Shown: positions 1-12,955 of the stretch, one piece after another | Position numbering within the stretch: position 1 is the stretch's first letter | How the letters are laid out: each line of letters begins with the position of its first letter | Source: Eledone cirrhosa | Taxonomy: Eukaryota | Direction: 5' to 3' | Length of the DNA: 64,000 bases | Assembly (NCBI GenBank): GCA_964016885.1 | Contig: OZ024740.1 | Coordinates: 275,590,001 to 275,654,000, forward strand | Program-made: the position numbers and the translations under genes | The notes under the pieces: generated by a model | Told to the model about the DNA's origin: nothing | Seen by the model: the letters and a program-made list of their open reading frames with translations, nothing else | Databases searched by the model: none

Positions 1-1109
1 CCTCCCCTACTCCACTGATGCATTTCATTCGTTTTTTTCTTTTCTGTCATTTTGTCTTTTTCGCTTTTGTAATACTTCTCTATCTCTTATTTTTGAAGCT
101 GGCATGCCAAGCCAGGATATTTTATTCTTTTAATTTTAATCATTCAGTCATATATATATACATATGTAGATACATACATATGAACAAATGCATGTTTATA
201 TGATAATCATATATTTTAGAACACAAATATATACATATATGTATTCATACATATACATATGTATACATACATATACATCTGTATACATATATATATATAT
301 ATATACTTGTACCTACAAACTCCAGGTTTAGGCATAACTATTAGCTGTATCATGCCTACTAGCACGTAAATAAACCCCTCATGTGTGATTTAATAGTATT
401 CGTTTGGTATAGACGATGGCCTGTCAAAATTGTGAAGTTCCCGCTAACGATCCCGGAGCCTAAGGTAGCTACGTTCCTAGAGTACTCGGAAAAATTAATT
501 TCCATTTCTTTCGCTGGACGATACCACTCGAGACTGGCTGACTCATGGTGGTGGGTGTGCTGGCTGGGACTCCCAATCGAAATCTTTACTCTATATCCCA
601 TCCTAATATCTTATCGAGATAAAGTTTTTCATATAAGACTCTCTCCGTAAGTTCATTAAATAAATAAATCTCGCTACCTTAATCTTTAATTCTCTAATAA
701 CTTATTTTTCAATTTATCATTTTGCAATTTAATATTTTTAATTTAATTTAATCTCATCCTATAACTCGCAACATAAGTTTAACGTTCCAATCTTCGGTTC
801 ACACATTAGACCATACAGACACCCATTATAGATTCTTTGGGGTAGCATTTTTTCATGGCATTTTCTAGCATGAATGTAGTATGACCCTTACACTGACTTC
901 TTTCTCCCTTTCTTTCTTTCTTCCCCTTCTTATTTGACGGAGTGGTGGTAGTGCCTTATAGGCCTTCGCCCACTCACCAGATATTCATTAGTAGCTTCAG
1001 TTGCCAACACTTTGAGGGCGACTGGCCGAGAAGCTAGTTGGTCAGTCGTCCTCTCTGTCTCTGACTTTTCGGACCCATGGTTTTTTACATATTCCTTTGT
1101 TATATTCGA

Positions 1110-1167
1110 ATACCTGATGATATCACCGGATTCGTATGGAACCCGCTCATTGAAATGATCATAGTAT
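1110..1167 (+). ncRNA. Type I minimal hammerhead ribozyme motif (Penelope-type)
   Basis: ATAC-CTGATGA-stem II-GAAA-TGATCA-TA-GTAT. Stem I ATAC/GTAT, palindromic stem III, AUA cleavage triplet. Related copy at 21116. Confidence 0.75.
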
Positions 1168-1485
1168 AATAAACCTTTCAAGGATTTACACCAGTCCAGC
1201 CTCCTGTTATTTTATTTCATTTATAATTAACTCTGTATTCGCACCACCAACTACACAAACCAAGATGGGTGAACTACACTGCGTTGAGTACTCTTCACAA
1301 TATTACACCAGGATTGACCATACGGAATGACCAGTTCTATCCAGTGGCGAACCAACAAACCTAAAGAAATATATATATATATATGCATACACACACACAA
1401 GATAATATAGAAAGATGTGAGAAGAAGAAATAAAGTAAATAAGTTTTTGAGAAAAAACATGTGGATTCAGTCAGCCATTATATAT

Positions 1486-1672
1486 GGTGGATTGGCATTA
1501 TCGGTAGAGGGTCAGATGCCATGCTTTGCAGCAAAGAGTTACAGCCCTTTATGGTCTGAGTTCAAATCCCGCTGAGGTTAACTTTGCCTTTCATCCTTAC
1601 GGGGTCGATAAAATAGAGTACCATTAATACAGTGGGATAATTGCTGACCTTGTGCTAAGAATAGAAATAATT
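1486..1672 (+). mobile_element. tRNA-derived SINE with Meta-like core (family A)
   Basis: A box TGGCATTATCGG, B box GAGTTCAAATCCC, core AACTTTGCCTTTCATCCTTACGGGGTCGATAAAAT, tail CCTTGTGC...AGAAA(ATT). More than 15 copies in the window. Confidence 0.85.
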
Positions 1673-1711
1673 GTTTATATATATATATATATATATATGT
1701 TTATATATATA

Positions 1712-2549
1712 CATCATCATCATCATCATCAACGTTTAACGTCCGTGTTCCACGCTTGCATGGGTTTGGACGGGGGTAGTCCCACTTGAGGCAAGAGTGA
1801 TTGTCTTGCTCGCATAGGACTGTCTGGCAGGTTTTCTACAGTTGGATGCCCTTCCTAACACCAACCACATTTACAGTGTGGGGCTGGGAGGTTTTTACCG
1901 TGTTGCCTACACGGCCACATTACAGCGTGGACTGTGTGTTTTTTTTGTCGTGACACCTACACGATCTCATTTGTTTCGGCCTGGATGGCGCGGCACCAAC
2001 ATAACTTTACATAGAACGGGGTGGTATGGATGGGTGGTGGTGGTGGGACGGGGTGTATTTTGTTAGAGATGCCTACTGGCTGGAGTAGGTTTTACTATAT
2101 ATTTAGGTAAGGCGGGTCTTCTCTGTTACTGAGTACCGCCAAAGGTCTCGGTCCAGTGACATTGTCTTGGAGAGGTGTAAGTGTGTGAGGTCGGAGTTTA
2201 TCAGCTCGTCCCAGGTTTTTCTAGGTCTGCCTATTCCGTGGCTACCGTCTATCTTTATTGCCCTGCACTTTGTTATACAGCTATCGACTTTCATGCGCAT
2301 CACGTGTCCATACCAACGTAGCCTTCTCTCGAGTAAACAACATCTGATCCCTCTTATCTCTAATTTTTTCCTTAGTTCGTTTATGCTTTGCCGTTCACGT
2401 ATATTACTGTTACACATCCAGCGGAGCATGCAAGCTTCGTTCCTCTCTAGTCTGCGTATATCCTCTGCACACAATGCCCAGGTCTCACTGCCATGCAACA
2501 TTGCTGTTCGTATGCAAGCATCGTACAACCTGCCTTTCATTTTTAGGGA

Positions 2550-2616
<67 letters not shown>

Positions 2617-3480
2617 AACATATATATATATATAAACAGTTATACACATCTCTCCTCTTCCGACCATCTCTTCATGGAATACTCGTATGTGGAACTTGAC
2701 CACCACGGAATCTACTAACATCATAGGAATTTACCAACATTTCAACCATCCTCTTACGGAATCACCTATATAACTCACCCGACAATACCACGGTTTTTCT
2801 TGACACATTGCCTAGCAATCCTGAACACCTCACATTTTTGGTCCTCGTGTTGTAGAACATGCTTGAACTTTCTTTCCTCTGCTTCCCTTCTTGCAAAGTA
2901 CACTTATCTCCTAGCTTCCCTCCTGGCCACTTGATAGTGTTCTCTACTTCCCCCATCCTGCCATACTTTCCAAGCCTGCTTTTTGGCCTTCATTCACTCC
3001 TACACCTTACTGTTCCGCCACCACGTTACTCTCCCCCTGCCTAAAGGTATGCTCCAGCCACAGATTTCATCTGTCGCCTTCAGCAGGTTAGCTTTCAGGA
3101 ATTCCCACTGTTCCTCTATATTGTACGACTCTAATTGCTCTTCCTTACTGTCAAAAGCATCAAGTAATATGCTTTTAAATTTATTACTGGCTGTGGGGTC
3201 CTTTACTTCCATATTTTTCTCCTAAGGATAGTCCTCCTCTGTTGTCGAATAAGTCCCGTCCTGACTATGAGGTCGCTAACTATGAGGCTATGTTGGGAGG
3301 TGCATTCTTCATGAGGGAGGGATTTAGTGTTTACAACAGACACTATCTCGTCTTCTGGTAAGGATATAATCTATCTGACTGGCGTGTTCCCCTGATCTAT
3401 AGGTGATCAAGTGATTGTCTCGTTTTTTGAAGTTTGTGTTACAGATAGTTAGATTATTTGCGTCACAGAATTCTAGGATT
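1712..3480 (-). mobile_element. RTE-clade LINE, internally deleted
   Basis: C-terminal peptide KGRLYDACIRTAMLHGSETW...RRLRWYGHVMR...GRPRKTW; APE and post-APE remnant at 2640-3480; (GAT)n tail at 1712-1731; RT core missing where a (TA)n tract lies. Confidence 0.9.
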
Positions 3481-3681
3481 CACCTTCAGCAAGTTAACAA
3501 AATATTTATACATATTGTATAAAGCTATGCTTGAAGCGAAATCCTATTTCTTTTTTATTATAAGTTGAGCCAACTTATGCAGCTTCATATGCAAATGAGA
3601 TTAATCACTTCATTTACACAGACGAGAAATGTATACATTCTCGGCTGTCTTCTAGTCTAGCAGTTGCAAGCGGTGGGAGGG

Positions 3682-3725
3682 ACCATCCTGACGAACGCCA
3701 GTTAGGCCTGAAATGCATAGACGGT
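3682..3725 (+). ncRNA. Type I minimal hammerhead ribozyme motif
   Basis: ACCATC-CTGACGA-acGCCagttaGGCct-GAAA-TGCA-TA-GACGGT. Stem I has one mismatch; stem III is palindromic. Confidence 0.7.
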
Positions 3726-4429
3726 TGTCCCCCTTTCTCCTGCTGGACATCACCAGAGGGCGTTACCCCCCCCCCCCCGGTGTTTGCATACCTACGGCTT
3801 CCTAAAACCGTATTTCCTTGGAGATACAAAATATTTATATATATATATATTAATTGATTAATTTAATTAGACAATTCTATTGATCGATTAATTGTTTATA
3901 TTTGTTTGATAACTTCTCGTTGAGTACTTAATTCGGTTTGTGTAAGGGAATTTTTATTCCTTTGTTCCAAATTTTGAATTGACCGCCAAAAGCAGGGGTT
4001 ACCTCCCTTTGGGAAAACCATGTGTTTGCTAGCAGCGCTTACTCTAGCATAAAACACCCAAGCAGACCCGAACGAAAAACTTGTTGACGAAGTTATCTCC
4101 ATTGTTCTATCTTCAAAAACCATTAACTTGCAGAGCCATGCAAGTGGATTTTGTTGATTTCGGATTTACAGAAACCTAGCGGAGATATTGTGGATTATAT
4201 GTGATGTATATTATATATATTATGTGTTATGTATGATGTCGACGCGATGGTCCGGGTTAGTCAAAAATGTTTTCCTGAGTCCAGTCTTTTTCGTGGCTAT
4301 GGTCACTGCGGCCCTTCTATCGGTCGCTGTCTTCAATTTGCAAAGCTGTCTAAACGTAATGTTATAACTCTAGGGTTATATACCCTATAGAGTGCTTAGC
4401 TGACACCGAAACTGCATTCGTTAGCTTGG

Positions 4430-4625
4430 CTGCAACCATGGCTTCGTTGTCCCTCATTATCGCTGCCATCTCCTGCATCTCCAACAGACCAGTGTCTGTC
4501 CTTAGGGCATCAACATACGTTAATCTTGGTCTTCCTTTCCAGTGTGTCCATGTAGGGGCTCCCACAGGAGGACTGAGTGCAATGTCAACTCTGGAGTGGC
4601 ATCAGAGGTAATGAAGAGGTGTGAT
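4430..4625 (-). mobile_element. RTE LINE 3' fragment
   Basis: Peptide KGRPRLTYVDALRTDTGL...M typical of RTE C-termini. Confidence 0.65.
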
Positions 4626-4630
4626 TTTGA

Positions 4631-4671
<41 letters not shown>

Positions 4672-5002
4672 ATCTAACCCATGCTAGCGTGGAAGATGGA
4701 TGTTAAACGATGATGATGATATATATATGTTGTTATACATTGGCAGGGTCATGCTGCCAATAAAAACACATGTACCAGTCGAATTTCACTCAAATTTATT
4801 ACAAATTTCCAGTTGGTTGGTTTAATAACCGGATGATAATTTATTTTCTTATTGTCAAAGCTTTTTCTCTGGGAGAAGGTCTCTCTGATATAAAACCCTA
4901 CGATTTTATTTGCATCAAATGAAGTAGACCAGTTTTACTTTTTGGGTAAATGTAGTCGATGTTCAGAATGGGGAATTGGGTCCATGCAAAGCTTTTCCCC
5001 AC

Positions 5003-5234
5003 TTAACACTTTAGCATTTAAACCAGCTGTATCTGGCTAGAATTCTCTCACCTGTTTCTGTTCAAATCAGCCATAACTGGCTGTTAATACTTATGTTTAG
5101 TTATTGTTCTCAAAATAACTATTATCAAAATCTTATAGATTAGGTATTATGTGAGATAAGTATGTGAAAATAGTGTTTACCATGAGAATACAATAGTATA
5201 TATATATATAGTAATGTAAATGCTAAAAGGTTAA
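5003..5234. mobile_element. TTAA-flanked MITE (piggyBac-like)
   Basis: TTAA-CACTTTAGCATTTA ... TAAATGCTAAAAGG-TTAA. Second copy at 62085-62314. Confidence 0.75.
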
Positions 5235-5331
5235 AAAAAGGGTTCAAGAACAGTCAATGATGCTCCTGCTTAAGCATGACGTGATGGCATTACTCAAAAT
5301 CAAGTTGCAGCCATCATATGATATATATATA

Positions 5332-5384
<53 letters not shown>

Positions 5385-5387
<3 letters not shown>

Positions 5388-6448
5388 TTGTCTATAAAAA
5401 GCAGATTGTTGTTGTTGTGTGTGTGTATGCATGTTCCATGTTTATACATTTGCACAATTTCAAACCGATTTGACTCAAAGTCTGTAAGAATGTTGTAAAT
5501 TGTCGAACTTAGATCAACGACTTTTTATTTCATTCAAACTCACCCACGATTACGGAAATAATCGATAAAACTAAATACATGACACTTTACCCCTCTAATA
5601 CCATCTGATTACCTCTCTCTACTCCCCTTCAAATTAGATAAAACTACATACATGCTTACAAACTTCCTTTAGGAACGCCGAAGAGAGAGAGAGAAGAGAG
5701 TGAGAGAGAGAGAGAGAGAGAGAGAACGTTTGTTTTTGAGTGTGGAACGGTCAAACATTTATTTACTTCAATGACAAAGGGAACTTATTACATTTCATAC
5801 GAAACAACAATTATTCAAAAGCAACAGATAAATTTATTCAACAACAAAAAGAATAGCGATAAACCTTTTTTAAAACCTCTAAACGAACGTGGAAGAAAGA
5901 AGTATCAGTTTATTTACTATACACAATAATATCCTCTATGAGGTCACTCAACCTGCTAGAAACAGCAGCTAACTTTCCCCCATATCACACCCCTCCCTAC
6001 TGTCTTAAATTTAGAAAACACATATCCTCTCTGAGGTCACTAAACCTGCTAGAAACAAGCTAACTCTCCCCCATATCACACCACTCCCTACTGTCTTAAA
6101 TTTAGAAAACATATCCTCTATGAGGTCACTAAACCTGCTAGAAACAGCAGCTAACTTTCCCCCATATCACACCACTCCCTACTGTCTTAAATTTAGAAAA
6201 CACACATTAGACAACCATGCAGAACAACTCCATCGCAGCTCTGTTGTTCGGCTGGCATCGTCTACGCGCATGTTGCGCAAGTACTGTGAAACAATAAATT
6301 TCAACACTTCTTTGCACAGATAATATCCATAGGTCTGCAATTCATTCACCCAGTGCCTGGCAGACAAAAAAGTGGTGCCATAAAATGGGTGGTGCAACCT
6401 AACTTTGGTAACTTACTGACCCCGAGCAACGCCGGGCTTTAACGCTAG
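5385..6448 (+). mobile_element. Non-autonomous Helitron
   Basis: 5' TC...TATAAAA start; 3' hairpin CCCGAGCAACGCCGGG followed by CTAG then T; lies in (TA)n; contains three tandem ~90-bp units at 5930-6200. Confidence 0.8.
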
Positions 6449-6619
6449 TATATGATATATATATATATATATATATTGTTATAATTTGGGAGGGTCATGT
6501 TGCCAATAAGAAACACACGCACCAGTTGCTTTCACTTCAATTTATTATTATAATAAATTTATAATAAATTTATAAATTTATAAATTTCTGGTTGGTTGGT
6601 TGGTTCCACAACCAGATAG

Positions 6620-7560
6620 TTGTTTATATAGACACAGAGCTCTGGTTAGATACCATTAATAACAAAAAACAAATCCTCCATTCCCATTATGCCAAACCCA
6701 TGACTTCCAAACATCAGATCCACCGAAACTCGGCCGTTTCGGACCATACCAAAATCAACATACTGATTGCGGATTTGGTACGGGTGATGAGAAACGTGTC
6801 CCGCATGTGCAACTCCGAAGAACTAGAGAGACACATACAACACTTCATCCACCATATGCAGTTCTCTGGCTACAATCAGAGAGATAAAATCAGAGTGTAT
6901 AGAGGAGCCAGAACCAAATGGTAAAAAATGGTAAATAATGACATAAATGGGACCTGCCCCTTGTATAGGAGCAAATTTTGGAATAGAATAGAAAGAACTA
7001 GGAACAAGGCTAATAGAATAAACTCATGGTATGATAGCAATAAATACCAGAGTGTAATGTTCATCGATACAACCCTTAGAGGTGAATTAGCTTACAAATT
7101 TAGAAGGGCCCTAAATAAACATAAACTCAATATTAAGATAGTAGAAAGACCAGGTACCTCCGTAAAAACACTTATTAGCAAGACATATCCTTTTCAAAGA
7201 CCCTCATGTATAGATAAGAAATGTATAACCTGTAAAATAAGCCCCCATATTAACTGTAAAACTAGAAATGTAGTGTATAGCATAAGATGTACTGAAGGAC
7301 AATGTAGAGACAAATATATAGTGTACATAGGTGAGACAGCTCGTAGTGTAGGGGAACGGATAAATGAACACTGGCGAGACCTTCAAGATAGTAAAGAATC
7401 ATCTGTACTCTACCAACATGCTAAAATAGAACACAAGGGTAAATTAGAGAACATAGACATATAAATAGAATCTACACACAAAAAAGACGCAATGTTTAGA
7501 CAAATTACAGAGGCAATAAACATAAAAGAATTACAACCAAAATTAAATAGAAAATATTAG
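6620..7560 (+). pseudogene. Penelope ORF C-terminus (RT thumb plus GIY-YIG endonuclease), in-frame stops
   Basis: HYAKPM...IHRNSA; Cys-rich linker; NCKTRNVVYSIRC...YIGETARSVGERINEH; EAINIKELQPKLN. Stops at 6922 and 7462. Confidence 0.9.
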
Positions 7561-7791
7561 TGGAACAGCAACATCACAACTTACAATTAAGGACAAAATG
7601 AAAACACACACACACATAGAACAAACAACCAACCAGTAACATGTAAATAAACAAATAAATAAATGAACATAAACACACACAGACACCCGGATGTGGCGCA
7701 TGCGCAGACTGAGCACACAACACACACACAGAAACAAAATGGCGTAGGACAGAACAAAGGAGAGGCACAGAAACAAAGAAAGGAATCCCCA

Positions 7792-7834
7792 GTCACTGAA
7801 GAGGTCACAGAGTGCGTGACGAAAGAACTATGAC
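7792..7834 (+). ncRNA. Hammerhead ribozyme motif in Penelope pLTR
   Basis: GTCA-CTGAAGA-gGTCACagagtgcGTGAC-GAAA-GAAC-TA-TGAC. Confidence 0.8.
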
Positions 7835-8029
7835 AATATATAAACAACTATCTGGTTGTGGAACCAACCAACCAACCAGAAATTTATAAATTTATTATAA
7901 TAATAAATTGAAGTGAAAGCAACTGGTGCGTGTGTTTCTTATTGGCAACATGACCCTCCCAAAGTATAACAATATCGGTTTCAACACACGATTTCAGATA
8001 AAGAATCTTGCTAAACAAATTCAGAAACG

Positions 8030-8069
<40 letters not shown>

Positions 8070-8077
8070 GTATATAT

Positions 8078-8263
8078 AATTGTTTCTACTTTTGGCACAA
8101 GGCCAGCAATTATCCCAGTGCATTACTGGTACTTTATTTTATCGACCCCGTAAGGATGAAAGGCAAAGTTAACCTCGGCGGAATTTGAACTCAGAATGGC
8201 AAGGGCCGTAACTCTATGCGTCAAAGCATGGCGTCCGACTCTCTACCAATACTGCCAATCCAC
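8078..8263 (-). mobile_element. SINE family A
   Basis: Full-length reverse-complement copy of the 1486 element. Confidence 0.85.
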
Positions 8264-8370
8264 ATATATAATAAACCTTCGTTGTACTGCCTCTCTGTTT
8301 TGTTCCTGTTCAAATTTTTCTATTATATAAATATATATATATATATATATGATATATATATATATATATA

Positions 8371-8421
<51 letters not shown>

Positions 8422-8614
8422 CATATATACATATATATCTATATGAAAAATTCAGAACCCTTTGTGTGTGGGTCTGATGATCCCCTAGTTCTTGCCAATC
8501 AAACTTCTTATTCAAATCTGAGGCTTTGTGTGGGGTTTCTCCCTGCAATTACCCTAAAGTGCACTCACACACTATTCAAGAACTTGTTTCTTTTTTTTTA
8601 TATATATATATATA

Positions 8615-9621
8615 CTAGCAGCAGGACCCGGCGTTGCACAGGGTAGGAAACGTGAAATAGCAACATGCATATGCAAAGATTTAGGAATGTAGCTGTGTAC
8701 TTTTTGAATTCCCTTATTCTCAGGGAATGATTGAGGAGCGACGTAGTCAATTGTGTGAAAACCAAGTTGGGATGTACGTTTAAGTAGGGATATTGAGATG
8801 ACGAAATCAGCGTTGCAACGCAGCTGCAGCAGAAGGGGGTCATAGTGCAATTAGCACAAACGCTGAGCGGCACTGGTTGCACTGCGTTTACACAGCAACA
8901 AAGGTGCGACAAAAGGGGTCACTGCAGAATTAACACAATCGCTATCTGGCGTACTTGCGCAGGGCGTTCATACTATGGTGTAGGTGCAACAATAGGGGTC
9001 TTAGTAGAAGTAGCACAAACGTGAGTTTTATGGTGTCAATAAGATGGCAACGTACACATGGCCCGGATTTGCGCATGATGAAAGCACGAAACGTCAACAG
9101 GACGTTGACAAAAATTTTATGGACCTCCTCATTTCCTCAATCCCCTGAAAATGGTCCTGGTTAAAAGTAGTAAGTATTGTGTCCTCTGTTAAATAAACCA
9201 AATTTTTAACAAAATATTATACACTACTTACGATTTTTTAAGTAGCGTTTATATTGAAAATCAAAATGGCATGTAATGCCCAATGCTAATTCGTAAATTC
9301 CCTAGAAACCATCAATGGAATTGGAAATTTGTTTTTGTCCACAGCAATGAAAATGGACTAACCAATGTGTGCTGCAAATTTCGAGGAAATCGGCTGAATT
9401 ATCTTTAAGTTATGCGTAAAAAAAGCCTAAAAATGCATTTAAAACCGGTTTTTCGCTTAATGTGGGCCATAGGGCAGAAAAAGTTGAACATTTTTTAACC
9501 CATTGCACTTCATGAAATATAAGTAACTAATGTGTAAAATTTGAAAAACATCGGTCGGGTACTTCTCGAGCTTTAGTGATTTACACAGACAGACAGACAT
9601 CCTCTGTTTTATATATATAGA
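8615..9621 (-). mobile_element. Non-autonomous Helitron
   Basis: Minus strand begins TCTATATATATAAAACAGAGGATGTCTGTCTG and ends with hairpin CCCTGTGCAACGCCGGG followed by CTAG. Confidence 0.8.
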
Positions 9622-9647
9622 GATATATTTATCACCATTATTATTAT

Positions 9648-10560
9648 AGTTATGGCCCTTTATGGTCTGAGTTCAAATCCCGCCGAGGTTAACTTTGCCT
9701 TTCATCCTTACGGGGTCGATAAAATAAAGTACCAGTAATGAACTGGGTAATTGCTGGCCTTGTGCCTAACGTAGAAACAATTATTATTATAGTTATTCCT
9801 ACAGTTTTCTCTTTGGTCATGTCTCCTTTCCTTTACTTGATGTAAATCCCACTTTGTGTTGTCTTCATCCTTGTATCTTCCCCATATCTTCGGCCCTTGT
9901 GGCCAATAACAGAAATTATTGTTGTTGTTGTTGTGGATTGGCAGTATCAGTAGATGTGTTCAGCAACAAGCATTGTGGCATAGAGTTACATCCCTTTGTG
10001 CACTAAGACAAAAACCTGCCAAGGATAGCTTTGCCATTCATCCTTACGGGGTCGATAACCTAAAGTAGCAGTAATGTACAGGTGTTGATTTAATCGACTT
10101 TTCCCTCCCAAAAATTCTTAAATCAGATACCATTATTATTGGCAGTATCGGTAGAGGGTCAGACGCCATGCTTTGTAGCAAAGAGTTACGGCGCTTTATG
10201 GTCTTAGTTCAAATCCCGCCGAGGTTAACATTGCCTTTCATCCTTACAGGGTCGATAAAATAAAGTACCAGTAATGTACTGGGTAATTGCTGGCCTTGTG
10301 CCAAAAGTAGAAATAATAATTATTATTATTAAGGCGGTGAATTGGCAGTATCGGTAGCCATGCTTTGCTGCAGAGAATTGCGCCCTTTATTTTCAAGGGC
10401 GTAGTAATATTTTAGTTCAAATTCCGCCAAGGTTAACTTTGCCTTTCATCTGTCCAGGCTCAATAAAATAAAGGCCAGCCAAGTACTGAGGTCAATTTAC
10501 TCAACTTTCTTCTCCTCCTTCAAATTGCTGACTTTATGCCTCAATTGAAACCATTAATAT
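9648..10560 (+). mobile_element. Head-to-tail chain of four SINE family A copies
   Basis: Copies at ~9648, 9933, 10139 and 10333, each separated by (ATT)n or (GTT)n. Confidence 0.85.
9795..9918 (+). mobile_element. Tx1 LINE 3'UTR fragment
   Basis: Pyrimidine-rich tract ending GGCCCTTGTGGCCAATAACAGAAA, matching the 3' end of the Tx1 at 47431. Confidence 0.7.
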
Positions 10561-11327
10561 TATGCACAACTGCCAACCTCTAAAAACCTAAACGAGGAGA
10601 ACCATGAAAAGGTGCCCCAAAACAGGGTAAAATGAAGTAAAATGGTGAGATTTTAGATAATGAAAGCTATACCCATTTTCACAGAAGACATATCTCACCC
10701 ACCCCAAATGGGTGGGATATCTCTCCGTCAGATGGGGAGAGTTGACAGGCCTGTATTATGTATCTATTTATGTATGTATTTTTGTATCCATCTATTTAGT
10801 TATGTATGTATGTATTAATATATCTATCTATTTATTTATCCATTTATTGGAGAGACATGCTAAATATTTCCTTCATTGTATCACAACGAAGAGGTACATC
10901 TTAGAAAATGTACACATATATTCAAAAATGTTCAAACAACATTTACATCTAGTGTTGCTATTTCTAGACACATACCTATGTCTAACCAGCCAGAAAAGGG
11001 TTAATTTGTTCATGATTTTACATAAGCAATTGTTTATCCTTTTAGTCTTGTACATCTTAAATAGAATATGAGGTAGATTTCTAACATGCCTTGATGTTTT
11101 CACTTCAATAGATAAGACAGTGTAATTCTATTAGTTTTTCAGCTCACTTCTTCTCTTCAATATTATCAACACTTGGTATGCCAATTATTTAAAACTTATT
11201 TTTCTTTGAAAGAACAGGAGTTCAAATCTCACTAGAGTTGACTTTGCTTATTTTGAACACTTTTGGATAAAATCTTTCAATAACAATTACTGGTAAATTG
11301 ACACTAGGCAGCAGATTAACAATCATT

Positions 11328-11515
11328 GGGTGATTGGCAGTATCGGTAGAGGGTCAGACGCCATGCTTTGACGCACAGAGTTACGGCCCTTGCCATTCTG
11401 AGTTCAAATCCTGCTGAGGTTAACTTTGCCTTTCATCCTTACTGGGTCGATAAAATAAAGTACCAGTAATCCACTGGGATAATTGGTGGCCTTGTGCCAA
11501 AAGTAGAAACAATTA
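11328..11515 (+). mobile_element. SINE family A
   Basis: A box, B box, core and tail all present. Confidence 0.85.
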
Positions 11516-11559
11516 TGGTATAAGACAAAATCTAGTCTAAAATCTGTCTTGAGCCCAGA

Positions 11560-11820
11560 GATTCGTCAGGCTGGTGCTTATACCAGTATCTGTGGCATGA
11601 AGTGACTGTGAGTACACGACTCCCTCCAAGAAAGGATGACAGTCCATCACAGTGTTAAATCCTGAGCTACTGCAGGTACTCATTTTTCAGCTGAGTATAC
11701 TGGAGCAAAGTAGAATAATGTTTTGCTCAAGAACACAACACACAACCCAGTTGAGTAATTGAACCCTCAACATTATAATCATAAGTCCAACACCCTTACC
11801 ACTAAGCCACCTGCCTCCAC
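11560..11820 (-). mobile_element. tRNA-derived SINE family B (CORE/V-like centre)
   Basis: Minus strand TGGCTTAGTGGTAAG...GGTTCAAT...TGTTCTTGAGCAAAACA. Relatives at 20815, 24055, 25456 and 36930. Confidence 0.7.
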
Positions 11821-11830
11821 ATAAGACATG

Positions 11831-11926
11831 CTGGTGGTGATGGTGGTGGTGGTGGTGGTGGTGGTGATGGTGGTGATGGTGGTGGTGGTGGTGGTGGTGG
11901 TGGTGGTGATGGTGGTTGTGGTGGTG

Positions 11927-11985
<59 letters not shown>
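11831..11985. repeat. (GGT)n/(AGT)n compound microsatellite
   Basis: Read directly. Confidence 0.95.
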
Positions 11986-11986
<1 letters not shown>

Positions 11987-12019
11987 AGCCATACCTACCA
12001 TCTACTTGTCAAATTGAGT

Positions 12020-12955
12020 ACCACATCTCTGAAATTTCATCTGTAATAAACTGCAATACCTTTCTCTCAGATTAGATGTCAGACCCATCTGAAATGTCAC
12101 CTGTAATAAACTGCCATTCTTAGCTGTCTGATTGGGCACTACGTCATTGTGTAATGTCACATGTAATGGATTGAATATATTGTTATGCCTTTCTGTTGGA
12201 TTGGGTAATAGATCTTTCTGAAATGTTACCTGTAATAAATTAATTGCTATACCTCTCTGTTAGATTGGATAATAGATCTTTCTGAAATGTTACCTGTAAT
12301 AAATTAACTGCTATACCTGTCTTAGTTTGGCTTCCAGATCCTTTTGAAATGTTACCTGTAATAAATTAATTGCTATACTTCTCTGTTAGATTGGATAATA
12401 GATATTTCTGAAATGTTACCTGTAATAAATTAATTGCTATACCTTTCTGTTAGATTGGGTAATAGATCTTTCTGAAATGTTACCTGCAATAAATTAATTG
12501 CTATACCTCTCTGTTAGATTGGGTAATAGATCTTTCTGAAATGTTACCTGTCATAAATTAATTGCTATACCTCTCTGTTAGATTGGATAATAGATCTTTC
12601 TGAAATGTTAACTGTAATAAATTAACTGCTATAGCTCTCTGTTAGATTGGATAATATATCTTTCTGAAATGTTACCTGTAATAAATTAATTGCTATAGCT
12701 CTCTGTTAGATTGGATAATAGATCTTTCTGAAATGTTACCTGTAATAAATTAACTGCTATACCTGTCTTAGTTTGGCTTCCAGATCTTTTTGAAATGTTA
12801 CCTGTAAAAAAACTGCTATATCTGTCTGTCAGTTTGGCTTCTAGATCTTTCTGAACTATTACCTGTAACAAACTGCTCTACCTGTCTGGTACTACATGTT
12901 ACTGAAATGTTACCTGTAATAAATAAACTGCTATACCTGTCTATTAGATTGGGTG
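12020..12955. repeat. 64-bp tandem repeat, about 14 units, degenerate edges
   Basis: CTGAAATGTTACCTGTAATAAATTAATTGCTATACCTCTCTGTTAGATTGGATAATAGATCTTT recurs every 63-64 bp. Confidence 0.92.

Larger units (their letters stand above)
6475..8030 (+). mobile_element. Penelope-like element, 5'-truncated, with inverted partial pLTR
   Basis: 6475-6625 is the reverse complement of ~7835-7975. Between them lie an RT thumb and GIY-YIG coding remnant; the 3' pLTR carries a hammerhead. Confidence 0.9.

Noticed and set aside
359-860. Possible Penelope N-terminal coding remnant or host exon
   Set aside because: No diagnostic motif that I can support; frames are broken.
8470-8520. CTGATGA as a hammerhead core (also 39897 and degenerate 23640, 43283)
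   Set aside because: No properly placed GAAA, stem III or stem I partner.
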